IMG/VR virus record: IMGVR_UViG_3300042898_006838
Coordinates: 32,001-96,000 of that record
DNA length: 64,000 nt
Strand: one strand, 5' to 3'
Origin: a virus
Shown here: piece after piece, positions 1 through 10,353 of the stretch
Position numbering within the stretch: the stretch's first letter is position 1
How the letters are laid out: the number at the start of each line of letters is the position of its first letter
Position numbers and translations under genes: made by a program
Notes under the pieces: model-generated
What the model was told of the DNA's origin: nothing
Database searches by the model: none
Seen by the model: the letters and a program-made list of their open reading frames with translations, nothing else

Positions 1-1199
1 CGCTGCATACCGAAGCTGGTGGTGTCGCGAGGGAAGATGACGTTACATCGAGGGATGGCTGCGAACCTGGTGTCTGGAAGGCACAGGTACTGGGCCAGCA
101 GCGGCTTGGTCTCCAGACCCTCGTCGACGGTAGCAGCCTTGACTCCGCCGCTGACCGCGTCCAGGCGCACCAACTCGTCACGCAGCGACTGCAGCGTCTT
201 GACCAGTGAGTCAAGATTCTGATCTTCGATGTCGACGGTGGCGTCGGCAAAGGCCTGTTTTACGTCAGCGTCTATCTCACCGTTGCTGGTCTCGGACGTG
301 ATCGTGATCGACACCTGGTCCTCAACGCCGAGACCACCAGCCGACAGCACCTGCTTGATCTGGCTCTGGACCTCATCTGTAAACTTTCCTACCAGCTGAG
401 GAGCCGTAGGAGTCCCGTCCTCGACGAGGCGTGGCTGTGGATTGCAGATTATCTGGTACCGAAACACGGCCAGTGTGTTCTCGATGATCTGCATCAGCGA
501 CGTCTGACCGCTGACGCTGAGGACATCGTTTTTCATCACCGACAGCAGGTTTTCTCGACTCAGTAGCAGGTCAATGTTCTCATCTTTCGGCGACATCCAA
601 CGCGCGTCGAGGAGCAGGTTGGCATTGGCTTTGTTGAAGAAGACGTTTCCGTTCGGCTCCTTCATCGACTCGTTCATGACGTTGACGGCCACGGACTGAT
701 GGCTCTTGTCGCTGTTGGCGGCAAAGACTTGTTCGAGACGCGATGACAGGCTTGCACCTGACACGGGTGCGTCGATGCCCACGGACCCACTGTTGCCGAA
801 GAAGGCGTTGATGCGGGTGGCGGCAATAGGGGCCGGGAATCCGCCGCGGCTGGTGTCGTAGTAGTAGAGCTTCATCTGCTCCCAGTACGTGGAGTAGCCA
901 GCGCAATGGAATGACAGGTTCCTGCTCGACGGCGTCTTGGAGAAGCTGTCACCCACGATCTCGCCCTCGAAGAGCAGCGGCCAGTCGTCTTCGTCGTGGT
1001 TCTCGCGGATATCTAGGTCACTGTAGAAGACATGGACGCGCGCGCGCTTGAACCCCTCGTACTCGATTCCGGGCACAGGTGGGACGGTGAGGCTGGCCTC
1101 GGAGTTCTTGCTGTTGGATCCGCTGACGCTGACGGAGCTGACCTTGCTGACCAAGATACCTTCGATGAAGACGCGGAGCTGGATGTGGTCTGTTCTCAC
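1..1199 (-). CDS. Putative baseplate hub / tail-tip protein (runs off the left edge)
   Basis: Not in the ORF track because it has no stop in the window. Manual translation from a GTG overlapping the upstream stop gives MRTDHIQLRVFIEGILVSKV...WPLLFEGEIVG...; the same frame reads AIPRCNVIFP at the window edge. Position in the tail operon supports the call. Confidence 0.55.
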   Translation of the reverse strand, partial: MRTDHIQLRVFIEGILVSKVSSVSVSGSNSKNSEASLTVPPVPGIEYEGFKRARVHVFYSDLDIRENHDEDDWPLLFEGEIVGDSFSKTPSSRNLSFHCAGYSTYWEQMKLYYYDTSRGGFPAPIAATRINAFFGNSGSVGIDAPVSGASLSSRLEQVFAANSDKSHQSVAVNVMNESMKEPNGNVFFNKANANLLLDARWMSPKDENIDLLLSRENLLSVMKNDVLSVSGQTSLMQIIENTLAVFRYQIICNPQPRLVEDGTPTAPQLVGKFTDEVQSQIKQVLSAGGLGVEDQVSITITSETSNGEIDADVKQAFADATVDIEDQNLDSLVKTLQSLRDELVRLDAVSGGVKAATVDEGLETKPLLAQYLCLPDTRFAAIPRCNVIFPRDTTSFGMQ

Positions 1200-2656
1200 G
1201 AGCGTCGCTCCACGGTCAGGTAGAAGTATGATGGTCGAACAGTACGACGGCCGAACCCGGATGACGGCATCTTGGTGACGGAGAATGACACGTCTTCACC
1301 CGTCGAACGGCCAATCAACTGACCGGGTTCTATGACCAGACCCGAGACCAGCTCGTCTATCACGGACACGGGCTCCAGGCGCATGGCCATGCCCGTGTCC
1401 GTGGACACGACCACGAAACGGCCACGCGGCGTCCGGCCGGCCTCGGTCACGCGACCGCGAACGGGCGACAAGATCTCGCGTCCGGGCAGGCACGACATCA
1501 GGTCCGACCTGGATCCGTTTTGCCCCCAAACCGAGATGAGTCTGCCGTGTGGCACGGGCTGAACCGTCCGCGGACCAAAGTCACCTGGCACCGGGATGTA
1601 TTCAGGCTCCACCTCCGCAGACGCGATGACGGCCGCTGGCACCGCGCTGGCACTGGCTAGCGGGTCGTACGGCACGTACTGGGGAACAAGAGATATGACT
1701 TCCCTGACCACGAACAGGGTGTAGAAGTATTTCGTGCCGTTTTCGACTTCGACGTCGTTGTGCGACCTCGACAACCCCTGGTACACGAGTTCGCCATCCC
1801 CGGGAGTCAGCGGATATCCGGCTGTTGAACGTCTGAGTTCAAAGCGTTCGACCCTTAGCGACGGGTTCGTGGTCCAGTAGAGGCTGACCATGGTGTCGAG
1901 ACCGCTGATAGCGAAGAGTCTAGGCGTCTCTACAATTCCTTCGTCGGTGTTGAACTGCCAGCTGGAGCTGGCTGTGTTGCCACCGTTGTCCGCCACGGCT
2001 ACGGCCACGGTGTAGACCTCGAAGTAGAGCAGAGGCTGAAGGCCGAAGACATCTACATGCACGCCGTCGACGATGGACGTGATCGATCCCGTGTACCCGG
2101 TCTGAAAGACGCCGTTGACCACGGCCGCGCTGACGAAGTCATCGCCGTTGATGAAGACGTTGACGGTGGCCGGATTGATCCCGGAGCCGTTGACGTCCAT
2201 GGCGTCGAAAGAGACGTGCGAGGACACGGGGACGGAGAAGGAGCCGGGGACAGGGAGCTTGTTGACGATCGTCGGCGGCTTTAAGTCGCCGGTGGCAAAG
2301 TTCCACGATGAGCTGGCGCTGTTGGCGATGGCCGCGCTGTCCTGCACGAAGACTGAGACCGAGATCGAAGACAGACTCTGGAAGTCGGCGCTGGGGTTGA
2401 TCTCGACGTGAAAACCATCAACCACCGGCGTGATGGCCGCGAGGAAGCCGAGCTGCGTGACTCCGTTGACCAGGGCCGGGGTGCCGTCGACGTCGACTTC
2501 CAGGGTCGCGATGTTGATCCCAGATCCCTCGTCCATGACATCGAACGAGACGTTGACGGACTCGGGTACGTTGAGAGACGCGGGGGCCGGCGACCTGTTC
2601 ACGATCGTCGGCGCCACGATGTCGCTGTCGAACTCGCCGATGAAGACTTCTGGCAT
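1196..2656 (-). CDS. Virion protein: two Ig-like repeats, an FN3-like domain and a degenerate M23/LytM-like C-terminal domain
   Basis: Repeated PTIVN..P.P....VP....VSFD.MD..GSGIN motif; C-terminal SPVRGRV...GRFVVV...PGQLIGRSTG without the HxH zinc ligands. Confidence 0.6.
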   Translation of the reverse strand: MPEVFIGEFDSDIVAPTIVNRSPAPASLNVPESVNVSFDVMDEGSGINIATLEVDVDGTPALVNGVTQLGFLAAITPVVDGFHVEINPSADFQSLSSISVSVFVQDSAAIANSASSSWNFATGDLKPPTIVNKLPVPGSFSVPVSSHVSFDAMDVNGSGINPATVNVFINGDDFVSAAVVNGVFQTGYTGSITSIVDGVHVDVFGLQPLLYFEVYTVAVAVADNGGNTASSSWQFNTDEGIVETPRLFAISGLDTMVSLYWTTNPSLRVERFELRRSTAGYPLTPGDGELVYQGLSRSHNDVEVENGTKYFYTLFVVREVISLVPQYVPYDPLASASAVPAAVIASAEVEPEYIPVPGDFGPRTVQPVPHGRLISVWGQNGSRSDLMSCLPGREILSPVRGRVTEAGRTPRGRFVVVSTDTGMAMRLEPVSVIDELVSGLVIEPGQLIGRSTGEDVSFSVTKMPSSGFGRRTVRPSYFYLTVERRS

Positions 2657-2671
2657 CAGCGTCTCACTTTG

Positions 2672-4615
2672 TCACAGTCGACCGCGCAGGTATTCACGGA
2701 TCTGGGTGAGAGTCTTAGCGACATTGCTGACGCGCACAACGGCAAGCTGATCGCTCGTACCCAGGGACAGGGACGGGGCGCCAGCTGACAGCGAAGGCAC
2801 TTCGTTACCGCTGCCGCCGATCCAGCGCCCGGTGACGACACTTCCGTTGACGACCAGCAGCGTATCGCCGGCCGATCCGAAGGTGTGACTCACGGCCACG
2901 TGGTTGACGGAGTTGTAACGCAGACGCTCGCCGCTCTCCTGTCGGAATTCGACGGTCGCCGAGGCGGTGTCAAACCGGAACCTGAGGCTTCCGTCTGAAG
3001 CATACGCGAGCTCAACTCCGCCCTGATTCCGCACTCCACCGCTGGAATGGATGAGTTCGGCTCGGCTGCTGTAGACCAGGGCCTCAACGGATGTGAGCCG
3101 TGGGTACACGATTACTTCGACGGTAAAAGCCGAGGACTGGACTGGCAGCGTTCCCGCTGCCACGAGGATGCTGTCGCCATTGCCAACAGCCGTTCGACCC
3201 AGTGTCGAAGACAGGCTCTGAGCTGTGATGACGGCGTGACGCGCGTCTGGACTGGCGTCAAGGATTCTGGCGGCACTGCCTCCGCCGCTGACGTTGGCTT
3301 TGATGCCGCCAAAGCCCTTGGCGTAGAGCGCGGCCACGGACTGAGGGCTCCAGGCCTGGTTGGCGACTATGACCTCGTCCAGGCGACCGGAGAAGCGTGA
3401 GTTAGTCCAGGACGTGGCCTGACCCAGCTGCACACTCCCGGTGCTCACGGCCGCGGCTGAGCCCTGTGTGGGCTTCTGCAGCACCAGCTTGCCATCGATG
3501 TAGCATCGCACGATCTTGTTCACGAAGTCGCGCGTCCAGGCGACATGCGTCCAGACACTGACTTTGAATGTGCCGGCGGACAGGAGGTAGCCGAAGTACG
3601 GCGCGCCATGACCGTTGCCGCCAAACGTGCCGTAGTAGAAGTAGCCGCTGCCGTCGCTGTTGATGACCGTGGCGTACTCGCCGCCGTACCCCTTGCTGAT
3701 CGGGTGCTGGTTGCCCTGCAGCGTCGTCAGACGCATCCACCAGCTCAAGCTCAGCTGACCGGTGATGCGCAGGTTGGCGACGTTTCCGGCGTCGTAATAC
3801 CCGGTACCGGCGCCGCTCAGGAACTCACGGGCCTGACCGACTTGACCTGCGATGCTGACCGGCGCCGCGCCCACCAGTGAGGCGTTGTTTCCTCCGACGA
3901 TATCCACGGCGCTGCTGCCGATGAAGTCTCCGGTATCAAACGTCCAGTAGCTGACTACGCCGGGAGGAAGAGCCTCGGTCACGGACACGGTGTCAACTGC
4001 TCCGTCGTAGAGCAGGATGGTATTGGCGTCTGCTTTCATGGGCAGAGCCAGGTCACGATTGATTGACTGAGTACCGGCGTAGCGAGCGAAGAAGGTGTCG
4101 GCCTTTCTCACCACATCCTGATCTCCGGCCTCCGTTGCCGTTGGGTCGATGATGGTTATTTCAGAGCCGCCTCCGACCTTCACCTTCACGTCTCGATCTC
4201 TGACGTAGAACTGCCTGGGAACACTGTTGACCGTGAACTGGCTTGGAATATCTCCTATGGCCAGGAAAGTCACAGGTGCCACGATCAGGTTTGTGACTAC
4301 GTTCCATGTGAATGTAAACAGCGACGCTCCGTCGCTGAACATGAAGACGACCTCGTTATCAGCTACTTCCAGGCAGTGAAAATTCAAGACCCTGACGCGG
4401 TCGACAGGTACCACACGCTCGCTGAAGTCAGTGCCGTCCGTGCGCAGCCCGCCGATGACGGAGATCGAGCCCGTGCGCTCACGCACGACAAAGACATCAC
4501 CGCGTCCGTCGTCGTTCATCGTCCACACGGCCCATGACTTGTTGGCCGCACGCAGGTGCCTGACCTGCTGCGCGTCTCCGACCACGGACATGGCGACGGG
4601 CGATGTCAGCGTCAC
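2672..4615 (-). CDS. LamG / concanavalin-like domain tail protein (probable receptor binding)
   Basis: YWTFD...WTHVAWT...YIDG...FSGRLDEV LamG signature plus a second partial LamG domain; start reassigned to the GTG at 4615, just after the upstream stop. Confidence 0.75.
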   Translation of the reverse strand: MTLTSPVAMSVVGDAQQVRHLRAANKSWAVWTMNDDGRGDVFVVRERTGSISVIGGLRTDGTDFSERVVPVDRVRVLNFHCLEVADNEVVFMFSDGASLFTFTWNVVTNLIVAPVTFLAIGDIPSQFTVNSVPRQFYVRDRDVKVKVGGGSEITIIDPTATEAGDQDVVRKADTFFARYAGTQSINRDLALPMKADANTILLYDGAVDTVSVTEALPPGVVSYWTFDTGDFIGSSAVDIVGGNNASLVGAAPVSIAGQVGQAREFLSGAGTGYYDAGNVANLRITGQLSLSWWMRLTTLQGNQHPISKGYGGEYATVINSDGSGYFYYGTFGGNGHGAPYFGYLLSAGTFKVSVWTHVAWTRDFVNKIVRCYIDGKLVLQKPTQGSAAAVSTGSVQLGQATSWTNSRFSGRLDEVIVANQAWSPQSVAALYAKGFGGIKANVSGGGSAARILDASPDARHAVITAQSLSSTLGRTAVGNGDSILVAAGTLPVQSSAFTVEVIVYPRLTSVEALVYSSRAELIHSSGGVRNQGGVELAYASDGSLRFRFDTASATVEFRQESGERLRYNSVNHVAVSHTFGSAGDTLLVVNGSVVTGRWIGGSGNEVPSLSAGAPSLSLGTSDQLAVVRVSNVAKTLTQIREYLRGRL

Positions 4616-4616
4616 G

Positions 4617-4907
4617 TCACAGCCCCAGCGGATTGGCGGAGTCGACTGTCGCACCAGGTGCCGGCGCCGGTGAGTGCGTCGACAGCGGAGCCGGTTCGAT
4701 GGCCACCACGATCTCGATGCCCGCGGCCTGGGCCCAGGCGACGACGGCGTTCTGGGCTTCGAAGCTCGACGTCGGCGGACTGAAGACGCAGTCGGCCCAG
4801 GCTTCTGGTTGCGCCTGCTCGTTGACCTGCTGGGCACCGGGCACGAGCGACGACAGAGGCACGTTGACCGTGACTGAGGACTTGTTTTGGACCCTGATCA
4901 CAAACAT
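4617..4907 (-). CDS. Hypothetical small tail protein
   Basis: GGAG RBS; tightly packed in the operon. Confidence 0.6.
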   Translation of the reverse strand: MFVIRVQNKSSVTVNVPLSSLVPGAQQVNEQAQPEAWADCVFSPPTSSFEAQNAVVAWAQAAGIEIVVAIEPAPLSTHSPAPAPGATVDSANPLGL

Positions 4908-4917
4908 CTCTGACTCC

Positions 4918-7900
4918 TCACGTCACAGGCGCGCCACTGCCGACGATGGTCACGCGCCGGACCTGTTGCTGCAAGTTTCGGCGCCGGCGGATGACCCACG
5001 TCAATCCGCTGGCAATGCCGGGAAGAATCTCGTCGTACTTGACCTTGATGACCTTGTTTGGGTCGCTGCCTGTGATCGACACGATTTCAAAAATGCGTCG
5101 ACCGTAGGTGACGTTCGAGATCTCTATGAAGTCGCCAGCCACCGGGCCGTCGACAGCCGTCAGCGCCTCGCCCAGGACCACGATGTCCGTGCAGCCGTCT
5201 CCGTCGTCATCAGCCGGCGTCGTGGCGCTGACCGTCGAGCTCTGCACGGTCACGAACTCCAGGTCGTAGCCGAAGTGTATCGTGCCTTCGATGTGTCCGA
5301 TGGTCACGCGGTTGTTGGTGTCCCAGTCCGTGTAAAACGAGTCGTGAGGGGCCACTGGCGGAGAAGAAGAAGGAGGTGACGACGACTGCGCCCGATTGAT
5401 CTCACGTCCCACATCCCAGGCCGCGGCGGTTATCGGGTGCGGAATTTCGGCCTGCAGAACCAGGATCTGCGTTGTCGACGGCACGTCGATGATCGTCCAG
5501 TAGCTGTCATCCAGCGGCTGGTCGCGCGTCGACACCTCGTCGGCGCTGTCGATGCGCAACTCGTCATTTGGTCCGAAGGAGCACGTGGCCCAGGTGAACG
5601 TGTTGGTCTCGTTGACAAAGGCCTTGCTCGTCTGCACCTCCGTCGCAGACACGAAGCCGGTGATCAGCGCCCAGCCGTTGTTGGCGCTGTTCGCGGCACC
5701 GCCGATGCGGATGTAGTTTCCGATGATCAGTCTCGTGAACAAGGCGCCTGGGTCAATGAAGCGACCGGCGCTGGTGACCTGGGCGTCGTTGACGCCCGTG
5801 TCCGTGTACAGCGGCCCGGTGACGTTGACGATGTTCGTCAAGCCATCGGCATTGCCATCGTCGACTGGCGTGGCACCCGTGCCGCTGGCGCGGATGACCT
5901 GGATCTTGTCGGTCTGTTGGCCATTGAACAAATCGTCGTCGGCGTCATCGAGCCGGTTCTCGATGGGCCTGCCGAGCGGCTTGAAGTTTTCGTCGTAGAG
6001 ATGAATGCCGGCGAAGTACGACGTCGCGTTGTAGATGTTGTCGGGCTCATACGTGCGCCAGCGCCAGTACTGTCGTCGCCGCACACTCTCTGGCAGGTCT
6101 CTGAGGTCGAAGATCACAGAGGCGCCGACAGCTGGTGAGGTGTTGCTGTTAAAGCTGATGCCTGGATTACCCTTGTAGCCGTTGTAGCCCGTGTACCAGG
6201 TCCCCGGGCTTGCGCTGTCCGGGCCGTTGGCGGGAACGGCGTTGGTTCCCTTTGGCGAAGACTTGACCAGCGACCAGTTGACGCCATGGTCATTGGACGA
6301 CCACATGTCGTGTTGCCAAAAGATCTTCATGCGATCTTGGTCCGTGAGATACGTGCCGATCTCGATGAATGAGACAACGGGGACGTTTCTCAACTTCCAA
6401 CGGCGGCCAGCGGCCGCGACGCGCGTTGTCGTGAACACCTTGTCGACTTGGACCTGGGTGGCGCTGAGTCGAGCCAAGATCACGGCCTGACCGTTGTCGT
6501 TGTCAGCCGACGATCCGTTGGCGCCTTCGATGAAGATGCTCTTGCCCACGTCTCCGGCGGAGAACACATATCCGCCGCCGGTGTTGAACAGGTCCGTTCC
6601 CGCGGTCCAGAAGCCGTCGGCATCGAGCTCCAGTTCATCGGCGATGCGAAGAACGGCCGTCGGTTGCATGGCCACGGTTGACGTAAGGTATAGGGCGTTG
6701 GTGCCCAGGTACCCTGGCGCCGAGCCGTATCCGAGTGGGTACTTGAAATAGTCGGCGACGCCACGCGAGAACGGCGGGCGGAAGGTCGGAGATCCGCTGG
6801 CTGAGCTGCTGAATCCTCCCTCCAGTCCGCCGTCGACGGTGTTCATGTTCTTGATTGTCTTCACGGCCTCGTCACATGTGCGCTGCACCGTGGGCTGAAC
6901 GAAGAACTGGTAGAACAGATTCGCGGTCTGCGTGTTGTCCTTGCCTGCGCCGATGTAGGTGATGAACGTGCTGTTCTCATCGGCCAGGAACTCGTCGGTC
7001 TGTGCCACGGCACCGCCGGCCTGCAGGAAGCTGATGTACATGCCGTCGTCGAGCGGCTGGCTCCACTCGTGGACGCGCCGCAGTCCGGCGCCGAGTACGG
7101 CGTTGGCTGTGCGCGAGTTGCTGCCGCCGCGGAAGTTGATGTCGCTCCAGCCATTGCCGGCCAACATGCCCTTGACCCAGGCGCTGCCGTTCCAGCGCCT
7201 GTCGATCCAGACCGCGGAGTGCATGGTCAGCGGCGGTTCAGTTTCAGGTCTGAAGGTGTTCGAGTTCTGGCCACTGACGACACAGCCCATGCCCATGCCC
7301 AGTTCATCGTAGGCCATGCGACGCCACGGCTCCACGGCGGCGGCAGCGCGCGCCCCGTGGCTGTAGATCATGGTCTGTTCGGCGCGCCAGTACTCGGTGC
7401 CGCTCTCGCTGCCTGTCATCCGCAGCCAGTGCAGACTCGGGGTGCCCTCTCCGTAGCTGGCGAACAGACCAATCGCGCCCGTCGTCGGCTCGACGACGAT
7501 GCTGGTGCTGCGTGGCAGATACTGGTAGGTGCCGTCCTTGGGCACCAGGACGATGCTGGGGAAGTTGGTGACGATGCTCGGATTCTGGTGGTAGCGCGTG
7601 AAGTTCGCGGCCGTGGGTGTCGCGGTCCACGCCACGTCCCCGCGTACACGCACCCATCCGTCACCTGTGTCGCTGCCGTTGTACGTGAAGCCGAGCCAGA
7701 CCTCGTTGTGAAAAGGATGCACGCCGCTGCCGGCGACGGCGGGCACGCGCACGACCTTGAGGAAGTTCACCGGCGCACCGGTGCCTACGACGGTCAGCGG
7801 GCTCACGGCCGGGATCGAGGCCTGCGCGAAGCTCACGCACGCGCCGTCACCGGGATTCCAGCGGCAGATGCGCGCTCCCTGGCTGATCCAGTAGACGTTG

Positions 7901-9834
7901 CCGTTCGTGTCCCAGTCGATGTTGTGCTGGCCGCTGTTGAAGCCCGTGGTGCTGTTGTCCACGGTGTAGCCCGTGAGCAGTACGGCCTCATTTGCCGCCA
8001 ATGCGCCCTTCTGGATCGCGACAGGCGCTCCGCCGGCGCCCAGGTAGCTGATGGCCAACACCAGGTTCAAGTTGTCGGTGATGGACGCGATCTCGTAGCT
8101 GCGAGTGTCGCTTCCAAACCTGATCCAGTCGCCGACGGCGAACTGCGTCGTGAACAGTGTTCCGACACCCAGCACGGCCGTGCCGCCGTTGGTGGCCGTG
8201 ACCGTCCCCGTGAGGGCGCTGAGCTGGTGCACGCGCTTCCACGTCACACCGTCGTCGTCGCTGTAGTTCAAGCCGCCGGTCGCCGGCTCGTTGTTCCCGC
8301 CGATGGCCCAGATACGCTGCGTCCCTGGCCCGCCGCTGTACACGCCGCTGAGGTCGTCGCAGAGCGCGACGATGGCTCGTGACGTCAGACCGCTGGCGTC
8401 AGCCGCGTTCTGCTGCTTGCGCCACTGCGCCTCGACGGCAGGGGCTGAGGCGTCTCCGCCCGGAGCCGGGTGCATGCGTGCCAGCACGTACCGGTCATCC
8501 TGGCCGCTGCTGGCACTGAACCAGAGCTTGCGGTTCTGGTCGACGATGATGTCGTCCCAGTTTCCTGCCGGCGCTGCGGCCGTGGCTCCCCAGGTCGCCT
8601 GACTGAGACCAGTGATGCTGCCGTCGTTGAGCACATCCTGGAACGGCTGTGGGCTCATGTGCAGGTGGCGCATGATACCGTAGGGCTTGTTGACGCGGTT
8701 TGGCGTCGTCCACCACCAGTGGCCGTAGCCGTCGTAGACCGTGCGCTGCGGGATCTGGTTCCACTCGGTTTTGTCGTAACAAAGGCGCTCGTCGACGGCG
8801 ACGAAGGACAGGAGGTTATTCTCGCCGTGGATGTAGTTCGTCCAGCTGTCGCCCTTGAAGTACGGCCGTCGGCGCCAGAAGTACTCGGCAACGGGACCCG
8901 TGCGCAGCGACCACGTCAACCCTTCGCCATCCGTGAAACCTTCGCCAATGGTTACAGCGTCGGTGTCGACGTTGCTCGCGTCGACGAAGGCCGTGATCAA
9001 ATAGATACCGCGCCCGTGGACGGCGATGTACTTGCCGACGTCGCCGGGTACGAAGCCGGCGAAAGTAGAGTCGTTGAACCGTGCCGGGGTTCCCGGGTCA
9101 GTGAAGCCTGTGTTCTTCACGGCGCCCTGAATGACGCCGGTGCCGCCGTTCTTGGCGTAGTAGACCTGAAAGCCGCTGTGGTGCAGCCGCTCTTCTGGCG
9201 GGTTGTAGGCGCCTGTGATCTGAATCTGTCCCTGGCTCAGGGGGATGATCAAGGTCTCATTGAACCAGGCCGTGCGCGCATACGGGTGCTTGAAGATGTT
9301 GCCGATGGTGTTGCGCGGGATGTCGACTTCACTCAGCGCCTGGTCGCCCCAGCTCCCGGTCTGTGAGTTTGGAGCGACTCCGAGCATATAGGCGTTCTCT
9401 CCATTGTAACTGACGACCATGCTGCCAATGGCGCACGACGAGTTACCAATGGTGTACGTGCGCCCGTAGGTGCGCGAGAAGTTTCCGTAGCCATCGGCTC
9501 GGTCCGTGAGGACAGCGCCTGCCGTGCCGTCTGGTCCCGAGCCCAGGCCGCCTTCGTAGTTGACTGCCAACTCCCAGCTGCGGGAAAAGGTCTCGGCGTA
9601 GTCCAGGAAGGCGCCGCGATGGCGCAGGTTCGGCACGTAGGGCCTGAGCGGGCTGTGTCGGCGAAAGGCGATGCGAGCCCCGAACCGCGCGTAGTTGGCC
9701 CAACGGCCAGTGCGCACGTAGGCCTCAAAGGGCTGTGTGTTGATGAGCGACGGATGCGTGCGATTGCTCGCGCCTACGACTTCGCCGTCGCCGATCTGGA
9801 GCTGAGAATAGCCGTGGTGAACGCTGCTGCCCAT
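4918..9834 (-). CDS. Large tail fibre / baseplate protein with Asp-box (BNR) motifs and repeated small beta-barrel modules
   Basis: 1638 aa, rich in G/T/N/W; YSDDDGVTW and SSNDHGVNW Asp-boxes; repeated DVGKxIxI-like modules. Confidence 0.7.
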   Translation of the reverse strand: MGSSVHHGYSQLQIGDGEVVGASNRTHPSLINTQPFEAYVRTGRWANYARFGARIAFRRHSPLRPYVPNLRHRGAFLDYAETFSRSWELAVNYEGGLGSGPDGTAGAVLTDRADGYGNFSRTYGRTYTIGNSSCAIGSMVVSYNGENAYMLGVAPNSQTGSWGDQALSEVDIPRNTIGNIFKHPYARTAWFNETLIIPLSQGQIQITGAYNPPEERLHHSGFQVYYAKNGGTGVIQGAVKNTGFTDPGTPARFNDSTFAGFVPGDVGKYIAVHGRGIYLITAFVDASNVDTDAVTIGEGFTDGEGLTWSLRTGPVAEYFWRRRPYFKGDSWTNYIHGENNLLSFVAVDERLCYDKTEWNQIPQRTVYDGYGHWWWTTPNRVNKPYGIMRHLHMSPQPFQDVLNDGSITGLSQATWGATAAAPAGNWDDIIVDQNRKLWFSASSGQDDRYVLARMHPAPGGDASAPAVEAQWRKQQNAADASGLTSRAIVALCDDLSGVYSGGPGTQRIWAIGGNNEPATGGLNYSDDDGVTWKRVHQLSALTGTVTATNGGTAVLGVGTLFTTQFAVGDWIRFGSDTRSYEIASITDNLNLVLAISYLGAGGAPVAIQKGALAANEAVLLTGYTVDNSTTGFNSGQHNIDWDTNGNVYWISQGARICRWNPGDGACVSFAQASIPAVSPLTVVGTGAPVNFLKVVRVPAVAGSGVHPFHNEVWLGFTYNGSDTGDGWVRVRGDVAWTATPTAANFTRYHQNPSIVTNFPSIVLVPKDGTYQYLPRSTSIVVEPTTGAIGLFASYGEGTPSLHWLRMTGSESGTEYWRAEQTMIYSHGARAAAAVEPWRRMAYDELGMGMGCVVSGQNSNTFRPETEPPLTMHSAVWIDRRWNGSAWVKGMLAGNGWSDINFRGGSNSRTANAVLGAGLRRVHEWSQPLDDGMYISFLQAGGAVAQTDEFLADENSTFITYIGAGKDNTQTANLFYQFFVQPTVQRTCDEAVKTIKNMNTVDGGLEGGFSSSASGSPTFRPPFSRGVADYFKYPLGYGSAPGYLGTNALYLTSTVAMQPTAVLRIADELELDADGFWTAGTDLFNTGGGYVFSAGDVGKSIFIEGANGSSADNDNGQAVILARLSATQVQVDKVFTTTRVAAAGRRWKLRNVPVVSFIEIGTYLTDQDRMKIFWQHDMWSSNDHGVNWSLVKSSPKGTNAVPANGPDSASPGTWYTGYNGYKGNPGISFNSNTSPAVGASVIFDLRDLPESVRRRQYWRWRTYEPDNIYNATSYFAGIHLYDENFKPLGRPIENRLDDADDDLFNGQQTDKIQVIRASGTGATPVDDGNADGLTNIVNVTGPLYTDTGVNDAQVTSAGRFIDPGALFTRLIIGNYIRIGGAANSANNGWALITGFVSATEVQTSKAFVNETNTFTWATCSFGPNDELRIDSADEVSTRDQPLDDSYWTIIDVPSTTQILVLQAEIPHPITAAAWDVGREINRAQSSSPPSSSPPVAPHDSFYTDWDTNNRVTIGHIEGTIHFGYDLEFVTVQSSTVSATTPADDDGDGCTDIVVLGEALTAVDGPVAGDFIEISNVTYGRRIFEIVSITGSDPNKVIKVKYDEILPGIASGLTWVIRRRRNLQQQVRRVTIVGSGAPVT

Positions 9835-9837
9835 GGA

Positions 9838-10353
9838 TCACGTCCTCTGAATGGCGAGACGGTAAGAGACTTCGAGTGTGGCCGACACGACCTGGACGAT
9901 GGGCGTGCTCAACAGCGTCGCCGCGCAGATGCCGCTGGGTCCGGACTTGAGGTTCGTGAAACCGTCCTGCGACGCGTTCCGGGTCAATCCGATCATACGT
10001 ATCGTCCGCTGAACCGGCGGTACGGCAAAGACGACCTGGTACGTCCAGATGCGATTGGGGCCGTCGATAGACGGGACGACGCCTATGAGCGAGACGCCAG
10101 GCATCGTCGTGCGCATGGAGCTGCGCTTGGGGTGCATGGCCTCCGTGGTCTCGTGGAGAAACACGCACATGTTCGCATGTGCAAGGTCGTTGGCCGCAAA
10201 GAGCAACCGATAGTACTCGGTGATCATGTTGTGCTGATGGACGTGCTGCAGGATGTTGCCATCGGCATCGCGCAGCACGGCATCGATCGTGCCTTCGACA
10301 TTTGGCAGCCCCGGCTGGCCAGTGAGCAGTTCCGCCAACGGCTTGCGTGTCAT
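9838..10353 (-). CDS. Hypothetical tail / baseplate protein
   Basis: ATGA-coupled to the upstream gene; beta-strand-rich 171 aa. Confidence 0.6.
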   Translation of the reverse strand: MTRKPLAELLTGQPGLPNVEGTIDAVLRDADGNILQHVHQHNMITEYYRLLFAANDLAHANMCVFLHETTEAMHPKRSSMRTTMPGVSLIGVVPSIDGPNRIWTYQVVFAVPPVQRTIRMIGLTRNASQDGFTNLKSGPSGICAATLLSTPIVQVVSATLEVSYRLAIQRT

